Below are positions 14,575 through 27,532 of a DNA stretch of 64,000 nucleotides, piece by piece (within the stretch, counting starts at the first letter, position 1; each line of letters opens with the position of its first letter). Both the position numbers and the translations under genes were made by a program. The notes under the pieces are model-generated. The model searched no databases and was not told where the DNA came from. It was given only the letters and a program-made list of their open reading frames with translations. This stretch comes from Eledone cirrhosa (lineage: Eukaryota): the NCBI GenBank assembly GCA_964016885.1, contig OZ024765.1, positions 6,758,001 through 6,822,000 on the forward strand. Direction: 5' to 3'.

Positions 14575-14606
<32 letters not shown>

Positions 14607-17600
14607 CTATATATAAATGAAGTATTTCCGTAGAAAAGGTACAGGAAAAGAGAGTGCTTTATGTAGGCTACAGAGCTTTTTATGTTGTTTATTACATAAC
14701 TATATATTTTATACTTTGGGAGGGTCATGCTGCCAATAAAAACACATGCACCTGTTGGTTTTCACTTCAATTTATTATAAATTTCCGGTTGGTTGGTTTG
14801 ATAACCGGAAGGTTGTTTATATATTGTCAAAGCTCTTTCGTCACACATTCTGTGACCTCCTCAGCGACTGGGTTTTTATTTTGTGTCTCTCCTTTGTTCT
14901 GTCTTACACCATCTTTTTTTTATTGGCAGCATGACCCTCCCAAAGTATAACAATATCTGTTTCAACTCACATTTTCAGATAAGAAATCTCGCAAAACAAA
15001 TAAAAAAATGACCTCAGCCGTCCGGTTTCTATTCTTTACTATATATAGCCATACTCTACTACACCAAGTATTGAGTACTCTGTTGAGTAATGATCTAACT
15101 AGTTTTAAACTGGTTCTATCCTGATTTATATATAGGATGTCCCCCAAAAATGTATGCACACTTTGATTACCTGTACAGGCAATATTTATTAGAATACTGT
15201 TGATTTTTTGGGGTCTCCTTATATATTATATATTCTAATATTTTCAGTTACTGACAGTCCATGGAAGAACTCGTGAACAGAAGGGCCCATTAACAGGTTT
15301 AGCTAATTGGAAACACATTAAAGCAGTCAAGTAAGATCCCTTTTAACCCTTTCATTACCATATTTCTCATGAAATACACTCTTTTTATATTTATGAAAAA
15401 TTTTAAAGGATTTACTAAAGTTATTAATTATTTCATCACTATGATAGTAACTTAACATATGGTTCTTTTATAAAATTATGTTGGAAAATTTTAATTTAAA
15501 TTTGAACGCTTTATAATGGAACATAACTTAACAAAGTTTCTGACTTAAAATTAGATAAATATAAATACCTTAACTCTTAATGACTTTTACTGTCAACTTT
15601 CACAAGGATCAGTCCTCTAGTAAAGATACAATAAGCAAGTATTATATATAGTATTCATATGGCAGTATCAGTAGAGAGTCGGACGCCATGCTTTCCAGCA
15701 TAGAGTTACGTCCCTTTCCGGTCTGAGTTCAAATTCCGCCGAGGTTGACTTTGCCTTTCATCCTTACGGGGTCGATAAAATAAAGTACCAGTAATGCACT
15801 GGGTAATTGCTGGCCTTGTGCCTAAAGTAGAGACAATTATATATAGTGTTCATGCTTGGAGATCCAGCCAGATCAGTTGGAGATGGTTGCTTCTGACAGG
15901 GCCTTGGTTGAGGACTCTACTCCCACGACCCTCTCAGGAATAAGTGGGCAAAGAAGACCCTTGAAACGTGATTGTGATATGATTGGCTGTCGTTAAATAA
16001 TTACACTGCACTTGTTAGATAACATTCAATCTGAGTTGAATACATGGCAGGCTCTTTGTATATTAGGGGCAGTTTTGGAGGGTTTAGTATCAAAACAGTT
16101 AAACACATTGGCCCCTCTTTTCTTTTAAAGGGAGAATGTCAATATACCTGTATTTGCCAACGGGAATATTCAATACTTGGAAGATGTGGACAGGTGTGTA
16201 AAGGAGACAGGTGTAAATGGTGTCATGTCTGCAGGTAAGATATATATTCATCACATACATACATACAGGTACATGCATACATGATATGATGGCTGTCCCC
16301 TTATTATCGAGTATGGCCATTGCACGATATACCATTATTAATTAATTCTTTCGTGCAATGCCTGTGCGTGAAGATATTTTTAAAGTGAGGAAAGACTGTG
16401 CACTGAGCCAATCCCACTCTCTGAGCGACAGTAGCTATAACCCAAAAAGAAGAAAAGATCAACATCATCGGTAACTACTGAGTTGCAGGTTTTATGTCGG
16501 AGTTATCCCAGTTTCTTGAGTTGCCTTCTCTTAGAAGAATGCCCTGACAAAGGCTAGGGGTCCTTCACTCCCAGTGATTTAACCGCGCGATCAGGTGTCC
16601 AGCCCGACTATTTTTATGTCCCCGCGCATATACATACACATGCAGCCATGTATATACACATGTACATGTGTGTATATACATATTTACACACTTTTGGATG
16701 GCCGTTGCCTCAGGTTTTGTTTTTTATCCTGCAGGGTGTCCAAAATCACCCTCCTCACCAAGTAAACTTGGTGTGGCTGCCGACGACCCGACCATGCGGC
16801 AGGTTGTACTGGGTTACATGTTACCAGTAGCACTCAAGAGTGACCCGAGATGCATATATATATACATACAGATACATACATACATATGGAGGCACATGGC
16901 TTAGTGGTTAGAGCATTGGCCTTGCAATCGAAAGGTTGTGAGTTCAATTCTCAGACCGGGTGATGTGTTGTTTCCTTGAGCAAGACACTTTATTTCACAT
17001 TGCTCCAGTTTACTCAGCTGTAGAAATGAGATGATAGGGACTGGGGTCCCTATCATTCCACTGCAAAGTGGTCGTGGAGGTGCCACGGCAAAAAAGCACC
17101 CAGCACTCACTGTAAATGAGGTTGGTGTTAGAAAGGGCATCCAGCTGTAGAAATCAAGCCAGAATCAGTTCCCGTCCCACCCTTGCAAGTAGGGAAAAAG
17201 CGGACGTAAAATGAAATGATGATGAATGATGATACACACATCATGGCTGCAAACTCTGCTAAGAGTATTGCAATTGTTTGTCAGATTACAGAAAATGGTG
17301 CACTTTTAGGCTACAGCCAGTGACTTGAACCTGTAACATATCCTGAACAAGCAATGCCTGTGCTTTGAAGGTTTTTAAAGTGGAGAAAGGCCTTGCATCA
17401 AAAACACTACCCGAAAAGGAGAAGTGGTCAACATCATCGGATGCTTTCGAAGCTGCAGGTTTTTTTTTTTCAGAGTTTCCCTCTCCTAGAGAGGTGTTGT
17501 GACAACAACTGGGGTCCTTTCACTCCTAGGTAAAAAAAAAAAAAAAAGTACTATTTGGATGGCCGTTGACATACATACATATACATACATGATGATGATG

Positions 17601-20600
17601 ATGATGGCTGCAACTTCGAGTAATGCCATCGCTTGAGACTTAAGCATGTGCATCACGGACGTGGCTTCCTAGTCTATCTGCAAAGCATGGTGTCTGACGC
17701 TCTACCGATACTGCCAACCCAACACCCATGAAAATAAGTGTTTCTACTTTTGGCACAAGGCCAGGAATTACCCCAGTGTATTACTGGTACTTTATTTTAT
17801 TCACCCTGTAAGGATGAAAGGCAAAGTTAACCTCGGTGGGATTTAAACTCAGATCATAAAGGGCCGTAACTCTATGCTGCAAAGCATGATGTCCGACCCT
17901 CTACCAATACTGCCAATTATATTAATAATTGTTTCTACCTTTGGCACACAAGGCCAGCAATTACTCCAGTGAATTACTGGTACTTTATTTTGTCGACCCC
18001 CGTAAGGATGAAAGGCAAAGTTGACCTCGGCGGGATTTGAACTCGGACCGTAAAGGGACGTAACTATGCTGGAAATAATTGTTTCTACTTTTGGCACACA
18101 AGGCCAGCGATTACCCAGTACATTACTGGTACTTTATTTTATCGACCCCGTAGGGATGAAAGGTAAAGTTAACCTCGGCGGGATTTGAACTCAGAATGGC
18201 AAGGGCCGTAACTCCATACGTCAAAGCATGGCGTCCGACCCTCTACCGATACTGCCAATCCACTAATAATGAGAATTATTGTGTACAGTGTTCAGGTGCA
18301 CTACAAGGAAATACAGCTCCAAGGTTTCCCAAGTGGTCTCCCATCTAAGTACTAACTAGGCACAATGTTGCTTAACTTCGGTGATCTGAAGAACTGGCCT
18401 TTTCAGTGTAATGTCGCCATAAACATCATCATCATCACCGTTTTACATAAATTACCCACACTATCATCTACAGAAGTTTCTAGCCTAAGGGTAAGCCACT
18501 GTATCACTTTATTTTTCCAGAGGGTAACTTACATAACCCAGCATTGTTTAATGGCATCAATCCACCAATCTGGGAAGTAGCAGAGGAATATATGAAGATG
18601 GTTGATATGTACCCATGTCCAATGTCTCATATTAGGGGACATTTGTTCAAGATGTTTCATCATGCGTAAGTTTATCATTTAATTTTAAATTTAAATTTTT
18701 ATTATTATTTTTTCTAAAATACTACTATACAGAGTGTACTAGGTGTATTTCATCATGGCATCAGCACTACCACTTTACAGAGTGTACTTGGTGTATTTCA
18801 TCATTGCATCATCACTACCATGTTACAGAGTCTACTGGGTGTATTTCATAATAACATTAGCACTACTATTTTACAGAATGTACTGGGTGTATTTCATAAT
18901 AGCATTAGCACTATCATTTTACAGAATGTACTGGGTGTATTTCATCATGGTATCAGCACTACCACTTTACATTTTTGGAACATAACTTAATAAATATACA
19001 TAAAATTCTGATGGAAGTTTTTTAGATGAATATGAACACTTTCACCTTTTTGTTACCATATTTTTAATGGTTTTCAAATAATTTTGAAAATATTCAAGAA
19101 TTATTTATGCTGGTGTTTGGAACATAACTTAACAAAGGTTCTTTCATAAACTTATGATGGAAGGTTTTTTGATAAATATAAACACTTTAACCCTTTAACA
19201 TATTTCTAATGAAAGATTTGGAGAGATATAGTAATATAACTAACTTCCTTGTATTTTAAAATTATGATGGAAGATTTTTTTATCACTATAAACACTTTAG
19301 TATTTGCATTATTCTATATTTACTATTGTATTTTACATGGTAAATATTTGATGATATCGAATCTATGAGATTTTGATATTATTTATTTTGAGAACAATAC
19401 CCTAAAGTCAGTATGAGCGGCTGGTTACAGCAGAGAAGTGAGAGAATTCTGGTTAGATATGGCCGGGTTTTTTTTATCATAGAACCACGAGTGGTTGCAG
19501 GCAATTTGGTATCAAAAATTTTAAGAAGAATGGCTGTAATATTTCTCAATTATAATGATTGGTATTTCATCTTTCCAGAATCCAGATGCATCCAGATATT
19601 CGGGAAGAAGTTGCTAAGGGAAAGACAGTTGAGTGTTTCAAGATGGCGACACAGCTAATGAGAGAGAGATGCTTGGTAGGTGGTTTTAACATATTGCTGA
19701 GTCACTGTTTAATCCTGGGTCAGATCAGACCTGGTAGGTGGTTGCTGGCCTTGTCTTAATTTGAGATCAATATTTATTTGTGTTTTCAATATTTATGTCG
19801 TCTTCTTGTGTACGAGATATTCCCCACATGATGTAACCACCTCACGGTAGTGGGATTGTGTGTGTGTACTGTGTGCTTTTTTGTCATGTCATCTACACAA
19901 CCACTTTATATGAAATCAATATTTACCTTGTGTTCTATTTTCCATTACCAGCGAGACATTGAGAGGTTGAAGGAGGACCCTAGCATTGCCTGGAAGCCCA
20001 CCTTGCCCCACCCCTACTGGATCTGTCAGCCTTACGTTAGACCAGAGTAAGAACCATTTCATGTCTTTCTAGATCTCTCTACATATATACATAAATGTAA
20101 CATATTAAATATGTTAGATGAGTAGTACATCAATACTCAGCTTTTTCCATTTCTTAGGGGGTTCTAAACCCCACTATCAGGCTAAAATTTCTTTAGTCAA
20201 AAATATGGTGAAAGCTTCTATTTCTAATTTTATATATATATCATCATCATCATCATCATCATCATTTAACGTCTATCTTCCACACTAGCATGGGTTAGAC
20301 GGGAGTTGTCTCACTTGAGGCAAGATTGATTGGGGACCGTGTCTCGCTCATATAGGACTATCTGGCAGGTTTTCTACAATTGGATGCCCTTCCTAATATA
20401 TATATATATATAGTGTGTGTATATATGTTATTGTTATTACAACTCACATCTACTCAGGTTTGGCTGACTTCATACATGGTTACATCTTCTGAGTAATTTA
20501 ATGATAGAGATCTCAGTTCTATAAATGTATGTATGCGTATGTGTGTGTAAATATGTGTATTGCCCCAGTAACTGTTACCCTCTTCTCTGTGTTTTTTCAG

Positions 20601-22576
20601 TCCTTCACAGTTGAACACACAGTCTAAGAAAGACAAAGGGGAGAATAGCTCCGATTCTGGTTCTGACAAGAGCAAACTGAAAAGGCCTCTTGGTGAATTG
20701 AGCATTGAGGACAGCAACCTGTCGAAGAAGAAGCTGAAGAAGAAGATGCGTTATCCTAAGAAATGCTTTGATGTCACCTGGAAGATCAAGTATGAGCGTT
20801 GTGGCCTGTGTGCTAATCCAAAAGTGAGGGCTTTAACCCTTTTTATACCATATTTCTAATGACACTGTCTATGTCTTCAACCCTTTCATGGCCATATTTC
20901 TAATGAAAGACACAGTCTATGTCATTAACCCTTTCATTACCATATTTCTAATGAAAGACACTGTCTATGTCATTAACCCTTTCATTACCATATTTCTAAT
21001 GAAAGACACAGTCTATGTCATTAACCCTTTCATTACCATATTTCTAATGAAAGACACTGTCTATGTCATTAACCCTTACATTACCATATTTCTAATGAAA
21101 GACACTGTCTATGTCTTTAACCCTTTCATTGCCATATTTCTAATGAAAGACACTGTCTATGTCTTTAACCCTTTCATTGCCATATTTCTAATGAAAGACA
21201 CTGTCTATGTCTTTAACCCTTTCATTACCATATTTCTAATGAAAGACACTGTCTATGTCTTTAACCCTTTCATTACCATATTTCTAATAAAAGACACTGT
21301 CTATGTCTTTAACCCTTTCATTACCATATTTCTAATGAAAGACACTGTCTATGTCTTTAACCCTTTCATTACCATATTTCTAATAAAAGACACTGTCTAT
21401 GTCTTTAACCCTTTCATTGCCATATTTCTAATGAAAGACACTGTCTATGTCTTTAACCCTTTCATTACCATATTTCTAATGAAAGACACTGTCTATGTCT
21501 TTAACCCTTTCATTACCATATTTCTAATAAAAGACACTGTCTATGTCTTTAACCCTTTCATTACCATATTTCTAATAAAAGACACTGTCTATGTCTTTAA
21601 CCCTTTCATTACCATATTTCTGATGAAAGACACTGCTTTACAGAGTTCTGGTTGCATTTTATTATAACATCAACACTAGAGAGGTTGTCAAATCTTTGAC
21701 ATGAACAAAGAGTTCTTTCTACTCTACATTGTCTCTGACTGTTTGTCCACCCACTTTACTGAGTGTACTGGGTACATTTTATCATAACACCATCTCTACC
21801 ACTTTACAGAATGTAGTGGGTGCATTTTATTGTTTTACCAACACTAGATAGTCAAGTTCTTGACATCCAAAGAGTCCCTTCTACCCTACATTTTGTCTGT
21901 CTGTTTGTTTACCACTTTACAGAGTCTACTGGGTGCAGAGAAAGTTATTTGAAATTCTGTTCTATTTCACAGTGTTTGTCTTTATCTTTTTTCAAGGGTC
22001 AGAAATGTTGTTATGGTCTCTGTAGGAACTGCTGCCGAAATAAAGCCTTTCTCGAAACATTAGACTGTATCGGTACGTACACTGCTCATCCTCTAACTTT
22101 CCTCTGTGCCTTGACTTTTGCTTTTATCTCTTCAATGCCTCTTATGTCTATCTAACTGGTTATCTGTCTGCCTATCTATCTACCTATCTGTCTGTCTGTC
22201 TATATAACTATTAATCTATATATGTCTCTATGTATCTGTCTTTCTATCTATCTACCTTTCTATCTATCTAGCTGTTTACCATTCTCTCTCTTTCTTTGTC
22301 TACCTCTATTTCTCTTTCTCTCTCTCTCTGTATATGTATATATACAAATTTAGTAGAAATAGAAGCTTTCACTGTATTTTTTACTAAAGAAATTTTAGCC
22401 TGATAGTGGGGTTTAAAAGGATGACTGTTGTACATCCGTACTCATCTTTTTCCATTTTTTAGAGGATTTAAAACCCCACTATCAGGCTAAAATTTCTTTA
22501 GTCAAAAATACGGTGAAAGCTTCTATTTCTACTAAATTTCAAAGTTTACTCACTGTTTAAAAACAAACTTACTTGC

Positions 22577-22621
<45 letters not shown>

Positions 22622-22759
22622 CCACTGTGTTGGAGTGTTTTATTGTGTAGAATACAATATATGCTGTTGGTTTCATCTCTTTCAGGTCACAGATTTACAT
22701 TCAAATCTCGTCCAAAGCGGTTCAAGAGCGAAGAAGAAGCTACATCTATAGACAAGTAA
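8132..22759 (+). CDS. DUS1L: tRNA-dihydrouridine(16/17) synthase [NAD(P)+]-like, 12 exons, 486 aa
   Basis: Exons 8132-8183, 9598-9836, 11050-11209, 13504-13616, 15248-15330, 16131-16234, 18521-18665, 19579-19675, 19952-20046, 20601-20823, 21997-22072, 22686-22759 (1461 nt including TAA). Motifs: [25 protein letters not shown] (catalytic Cys), [36 protein letters not shown] and the C-terminal Cys-rich CxxCxNPKGxKCxxxLCRxCC..DCxGH of metazoan DUS1L. Confidence 0.96.
9598..9836 (+). CDS. DUS1L: DUS1L exon 2
   Basis: GFDFWKTKL...[13 protein letters not shown]...DRPLIVQ. Confidence 0.95.
10130..10470 (-). repeat. 48-bp tandem array from the terminus of a TTAA-CCCTTT element
   Basis: Same unit as 20870-21635, opposite strand. 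Confidence 0.85.
11050..11209 (+). CDS. DUS1L: DUS1L exon 3
   Basis: FCANDP...[24 protein letters not shown]. Confidence 0.95.
12150..13320. repeat. Compound CA-rich micro/minisatellite
   Basis: Repeated cacatacatt(c/t)acacaaa units. Confidence 0.95.
13504..13616 (+). CDS. DUS1L: DUS1L exon 4
   Basis: [12 protein letters not shown]...[11 protein letters not shown]. Confidence 0.95.
14826..14868 (-). ncRNA. Minimal hammerhead ribozyme motif
   Basis: Minus strand GUCG-CUGAGGA-G-GUCACA(GAAUG)UGUGAC-GAAA-GAG-CUU-UGAC, with stem I GUCG/UGAC and a 6-bp stem II. A related copy is at 46814-46856. Confidence 0.65.
15248..15330 (+). CDS. DUS1L: DUS1L exon 5
   Basis: [27 protein letters not shown]. 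Confidence 0.95.
16131..16234 (+). CDS. DUS1L: DUS1L exon 6
   Basis: [30 protein letters not shown]. Confidence 0.95.
16888..17230 (+). mobile_element. tRNA-derived SINE (family B) with CORE-like TTGAGCAAGACACTT body and (GAT)n tail
   Basis: TGGCTTAGTGG A-box, GAGTTCAATTC B-box; copies at 30400-30525, 36877-36995, 38180-38480 and (minus) 2460-2585, 47200-47300. Confidence 0.85.
18521..18665 (+). CDS. DUS1L: DUS1L exon 7
   Basis: GNLHNPALF...[18 protein letters not shown]. Confidence 0.95.
19579..19675 (+). CDS. DUS1L: DUS1L exon 8
   Basis: [16 protein letters not shown]...; ccag/gtaggt, phases fit. Confidence 0.9.
19952..20046 (+). CDS. DUS1L: DUS1L exon 9
   Basis: [14 protein letters not shown]. 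Confidence 0.92.
20601..20823 (+). CDS. DUS1L: DUS1L exon 10
   Basis: [17 protein letters not shown]...[11 protein letters not shown]. Confidence 0.9.
20870..21635 (+). repeat. 48-bp tandem array (~16 copies)
   Basis: Unit TTAACCCTTTCATTACCATATTTCTAATGAAAGACACTGTCTATGTCT. Confidence 0.95.
21997..22072 (+). CDS. DUS1L: DUS1L exon 11
   Basis: [25 protein letters not shown]. Confidence 0.92.
22686..22759 (+). CDS. DUS1L: DUS1L last coding exon
   Basis: (G)[23 protein letters not shown]; ttcag acceptor, phase fits. Confidence 0.88.
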
Positions 22760-22907
22760 TTTTTATTCTGCAGTAATCCATAATAATAATAATACAATGA
22801 TATACAATTGTATGCCCATCCAACCCACACAACCAACCAAACAACATATATTTTAGATTTTAAATTAAACACTAAACACCCTCTCACTGTTTCTCACTCA
22901 CTCTCTT

Positions 22908-25130
22908 TGTAAGTCAACAGGTTAAAATTAACATTGTTTATTCATATTTGCTGCAATATATATTTCAGTGATAACCATTATGACAGCTATGACCTGATCA
23001 GCTAGCTAGAACGTAAACGGCAAAACATAATGGTGGAACATTTCATTGCTATGCCCAGTTCCAAAGTGTGGTGTCGTTTTCTCAAAGAACTGGTGGCATG
23101 TGAATTAGAATGAACGAATTCAAGCATCTGGAGTTACCCTTGAGGAAGTCAACACCAGCGTACATGAAATAGTATCCAAACTCAGCATAGAGGATAGGAC
23201 AGCTCCATACCAACCCAGGGAGCTGAGGATTACCATCAAGGATCACAAGCCAGACTTTGAGTCTGACCTCTCGGTTAGACTAATAGCCACTTCAAAGTCT
23301 GATTTAGGGGTAATCAGCAAATGCATGCTAGATAGGATTCTGCCAACACGAAGTTACAGCTATGGTCTTGTACTGGTGAGGTGATAGAGGGGTTACACTA
23401 TTACCTGGGAAGGGTAGGAGTAGCTTTATCCAACTGGATATTGCTAGTTACTACTCTTCAATCTGGCCCATAGTTTTAAATAAGGCCCTTACATTCGCGA
23501 TGTGTAATACAGACTTAATCCGCGAAGAAATAGGAAAAATCCACGCTGCAAGGAAGACCTTGATCCGTTTCGGTGGAGATCTCTCGACTAGGAGTGATTG
23601 GCCCAATAACTTTGATATCACAATAGACCCAGAGACTCCACACAGATAACGGACCTGGTTGGGCTTTTCATACTGAAGCTAATCAAGGAGGAAATCGCCA
23701 ACCTCGGCGGTGGGTTATAACACGGTAATACTCTCTTCACCGTCTCTGACCACAGCACCAGTATGGGAGAGAGAATGACGAACAGATTCAGAGACTTCTT
23801 TAGGAATCTAGGGCTCAGTATAGAAATAGACCCCAATAGAAAAGTATTTGACTTCTTAGACACTACCCTAAACCTAAACACTGAGCTATACTACTCCTAT
23901 CAGAAGCCGAACGAGAAGCTAGTATATGTCAACACTAAGTTCAACCACTCTAGATCTATTATTAAGGCCATAGTCAAGAGTGTCTCGGACAGCATCTCCA
24001 ACTTGTCTGCTAATAAAGAGATCTTCAATAGTAACGCTGATTATTATAATACAGCTCTAGCTAAGGCGGCCCATGGCCAAGTTATCAATATAACCCTAGG
24101 GGCCATGATAGTGATGACCTACAGGGACTTCGACCGTATAGTCTCGGGAAGGGGGGAAACCCCACGTAATACAAGAAGAGTTGAAGCTACTGCATCTAAA
24201 CACCGGAACCTGGCACTATTATGCTTGTGGGCATACCCCCTGGGCATGCGAATAGACGCAACACGCGAGGTGGGTCTAGCAGTGATGCAAAACCCGGCCC
24301 CCAGCGTCCCCAACCGTATAACACCGACCGGGATAGACGGTGGAATACTCCAATCTGGAAACCCCGGTGCGGGGCAGCATCGCCCCACCGGCAGGGACAG
24401 AACAGTGAACAAAAACCAAAATGCGCAACGGGGCAGCAGCAGTGCTGGAGGCCGTGAGACCCCGACAACTCCTCAAGGGCCTGGTGCATACTCAACCCAC
24501 TCACATAGGACTAGGCTTAGAAAAATAACATGGTTTAATCCACCATACAGCGTGGGTCTGCAGAGCAGCCTGGCCCACTCATTCTTTAGGGCACTGGATA
24601 CGTGCTTCCCGAGTACCCACAGGTACCACAAAATCTTTAATAGGCACACGGTGAAGCTCATATACCCCACTATATGCAGCATAGCTAGTATCAATAGAAA
24701 TAGGACATTTAGACAGACAACATGGTACTGGAGTGTTAAGATATCTGTCCAATGAGAGGAAGGTATATTCTCTGGATGCTTGAATTCATTCTAATTCTTA
24801 TGCCACCAGTTCTTTGAGGAAACGACACCACACTTCGGAACTGGGCATATCAACAAGGTCAGCAATTATCCCAGTACATTACTGGTACTTTATTTTATCG
24901 ACCCCGTAAGGATGAAAGGCAAAGTTAACCTTGGCAGGATTTGAACTCCGATACCGCCAATCCACCGTATATCAACAGAATAATGGCGGTAAACTTTGTC
25001 CCACCATTATGTTTTTCTGTTTGAGTTTTAGCTGTCTGATGAGGTCCTAGCTGTTGAATAATGGTTATCATCGAAATATATATTGCAACAAATATGAATA
25101 AACAAAGTTAATTTTACCCTGTTGACTTAC
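22908..25130 (+). mobile_element. Decayed Penelope-like retroelement (RT) with an inverted 5' copy of its 3' pseudo-LTR
   Basis: RT-like peptides ITIKDHKPDF..RLI..SKSDLGVISK..LDRI (~23225-23340), FIQLDIASYYSSI (~23425), FDFLDTTLNL, YQKPNEKLVYVNTKFNH and KITWFNPPYS...HKIFNRHTVKL, broken by stops and frameshifts. 22908-23133 is the reverse complement of ~24770-25130, which is interrupted by a SINE fragment. Confidence 0.85.
25031..25089 (+). ncRNA. Minimal type-I hammerhead ribozyme motif in the PLE pseudo-LTR
   Basis: GCUGU-CUGAUGA-[stem II]-GAAA-UAUAU-AUU-GCAAC. The inverted copy at 22950-23006 (minus) has CUGAUCA and GCAGC, which supports stem I. Confidence 0.65.
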
Positions 25131-25297
25131 ACTTCTTTGTAAGTTTTTAATTTACTCTGGAGTAAACCGACCCACCTGCGCACACCGTTGAGTGCTCTAA
25201 CCTGCATACTGAAGTGTCAGTAAACAAACAACGCATACTTAAATTTATATATATATATATATATATATTTATGTGTGTATGCACATACACATTATGC

Positions 25298-25347
<50 letters not shown>

Positions 25348-25395
25348 TCTCTCTCTCTCATATATATATTTATGTGTGTATGCACATACACATTA

Positions 25396-25434
<39 letters not shown>

Positions 25435-25600
25435 TCATCACCGTTTTACGTCCGTTCTTCCACGCTAGCATGGGTTAGACGGGTTGTCCTGTTGTGGGCA
25501 GTGTCTGGTCGGCTGACCATGCCTTGCTCATACATATATATATATATTCTCTCTCTCTCTCATATATATATTTATGTGTGTATGCACATACACATTATGC

Positions 25601-25640
<40 letters not shown>

Positions 25641-26866
25641 TTGTACATATATACATATGTATATTATATATATATACATATATACACACATAGGTATGTG
25701 TGTGTACTATATATATACACATATACAATAAAATTGATACAAATACAGTTTTTTTTTTTTTTTTTTTTTTCTATTTATTTCAAGAAGAGTATCAAAATGT
25801 CTATTTTAAAAAAACGGAAACAATTCTCTACGTGGTTTTTAAAAGAAATGATTTCTAAGATATATAGAAAGGATAAATCTCCCATAACTCCTTGTTGAGT
25901 CGTAGAGGCACAGTCATACGGCGTGACTAGGGCACATTTAAACCAGGTGGAGTCCAACCCTCTCCAGGTCTGAAAACAGCTGATTTTTTTTTTCTATGGA
26001 GGAAGAATCGACCCCAGTACTAGACTGGTACTTTATTTTATCGACCTCGAAAGGATGAAAGGCAAAGTTAAACCCGGTGGGATTTGAACTCAGATCATGC
26101 AATGAGGTGTAACGAATACCTTAAAGCATTCTATCCGCCATCTTAATGATTCTGCCAATTCGCCGCCTTCTAAGATACATATCTCACTTTAATAAACTAG
26201 AAGAAGAAAACTTAATATATTTGAAATGAAATTTTTCTACTGTGTTGTTGAATATTTCCATGTGTTTTGCTGTAGTTTTTTTCCCAATGCCAGATTAACC
26301 TCATAGCATGAATAACCTTTTGCAAAGGGCTCTCTTGCATTTTTATGTGCCCCCCCCCCCTCTCTCCCCTGTACTACTTGTTTTATGTATGTATATATGT
26401 ATGAATATATGGTCCCGTAACTCCTAAGTGAATTGTAGGGGTGCCATATGCACATATGGCATTTCTAGGGCATTTTGTTTAACCCTTTAGTATTTAAACC
26501 AGCCATATCCGGCCAGAATTCTCTCACCCCTTTCTGTTCAAACTGACTGTAACCAGCCACTCATAGTGATGTTAAGGTATTGTTCTCAAAATATATAATG
26601 TCAAAATCTCATAGATTCGATACTATGTGAGGTAAAACCTTTACCATGAAAATATAATAGTAAATATAGAGTAATGTAAATGGTAAAGGGTTAAACTTGG
26701 CAGAGCAGAGCCCATCTTCTTTCCAGTTCTGAATACATCTGGGAAAGAGATATTGAAGAAGAATTGACTCCAGTACTGGACTGGTATTATATTTGGTGCT
26801 GTAATTCCCAAGAGATTTGTTGAGGTGCTGCATTGACATACAGCGTTTCTAGAGCATTTTTTTTTT

Positions 26867-27070
26867 TAACCCTTTAGCATTTAAACCAGCCATATCTGGC
26901 CATAATTCTGTCACTTCTTTCTATTCATACTGGCCATAACTGGCCACTCATAATATCAAGGATAAGGTATCAAAATAAATATCAAAATCTCATAGGTTCG
27001 ATATTATGTAAGATAAAGCTTTTACCACAAAAATACAATAGTATATATAATGTAAATGCTAAAGGGTTAA
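26867..27070. mobile_element. TTAA-flanked piggyBac-like MITE (parent of the 72-bp satellite)
   Basis: TTAA-CCCTTTAGCATTTA...TAAATGCTAAAGGG-TTAA; further copies at ~4672-4865, 26479-26694, 29950-30140, 35005-35205, 45000-45210. Confidence 0.75.
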
Positions 27071-27384
27071 ACCTGGCAGAGCAGAGCCTATCTCTTCGGT
27101 CTGAATATAGCAGATTTCTTCCAAAGAAGGATAGAAACAGAGTGAGAGAATGGAAGTGAGAAAGAGATAGAGAGGAATAATTCACCCCAGTACTAGTCTG
27201 GTACTTTTTTTTTTATCAACCTTGAAAGGATGAAAAACAAAGTTGACATTGGTGGGATTTGAACTCATAGAGTAGAGAGCTGAATCAAGTACTGCGAAGC
27301 ATTCTACTCAATGTTCTAACAACTCTACCAATTTACCGTCCTATTTACCATAGTACTATACAGCCTTTCACTTTAATGTCATAT

Positions 27385-27532
27385 ATGAGGGGCGGCTGAA
27401 AAGTTCATAGCCTGACCAAAATGCTCTCATGGAATGACCAAATGAGGTTTATTTTACAACATAGTCCCTGGAAAGAAACAATGCAGTTATTATTAGGAAA
27501 TTGATGCATGCAAGATTTTTCAGCCGACCCAC
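27385..27532. mobile_element. Tc1/mariner-like MITE
   Basis: TA-TGAGGGGCGGCTGAAAAG...TTTTTCAGCCGACCC inverted termini; internal pieces repeated at 47307-47600. Confidence 0.6.

Noticed and set aside
16888-16965. tRNA genes at SINE heads
   Set aside because: A/B boxes are present but there is no cloverleaf, and each is followed by a SINE body.
23763-24755. 330-aa ORF as an active or domesticated RT gene
   Set aside because: The catalytic YxDD region is destroyed (GL*HGN), upstream RT is frameshifted and no endonuclease is recognisable.
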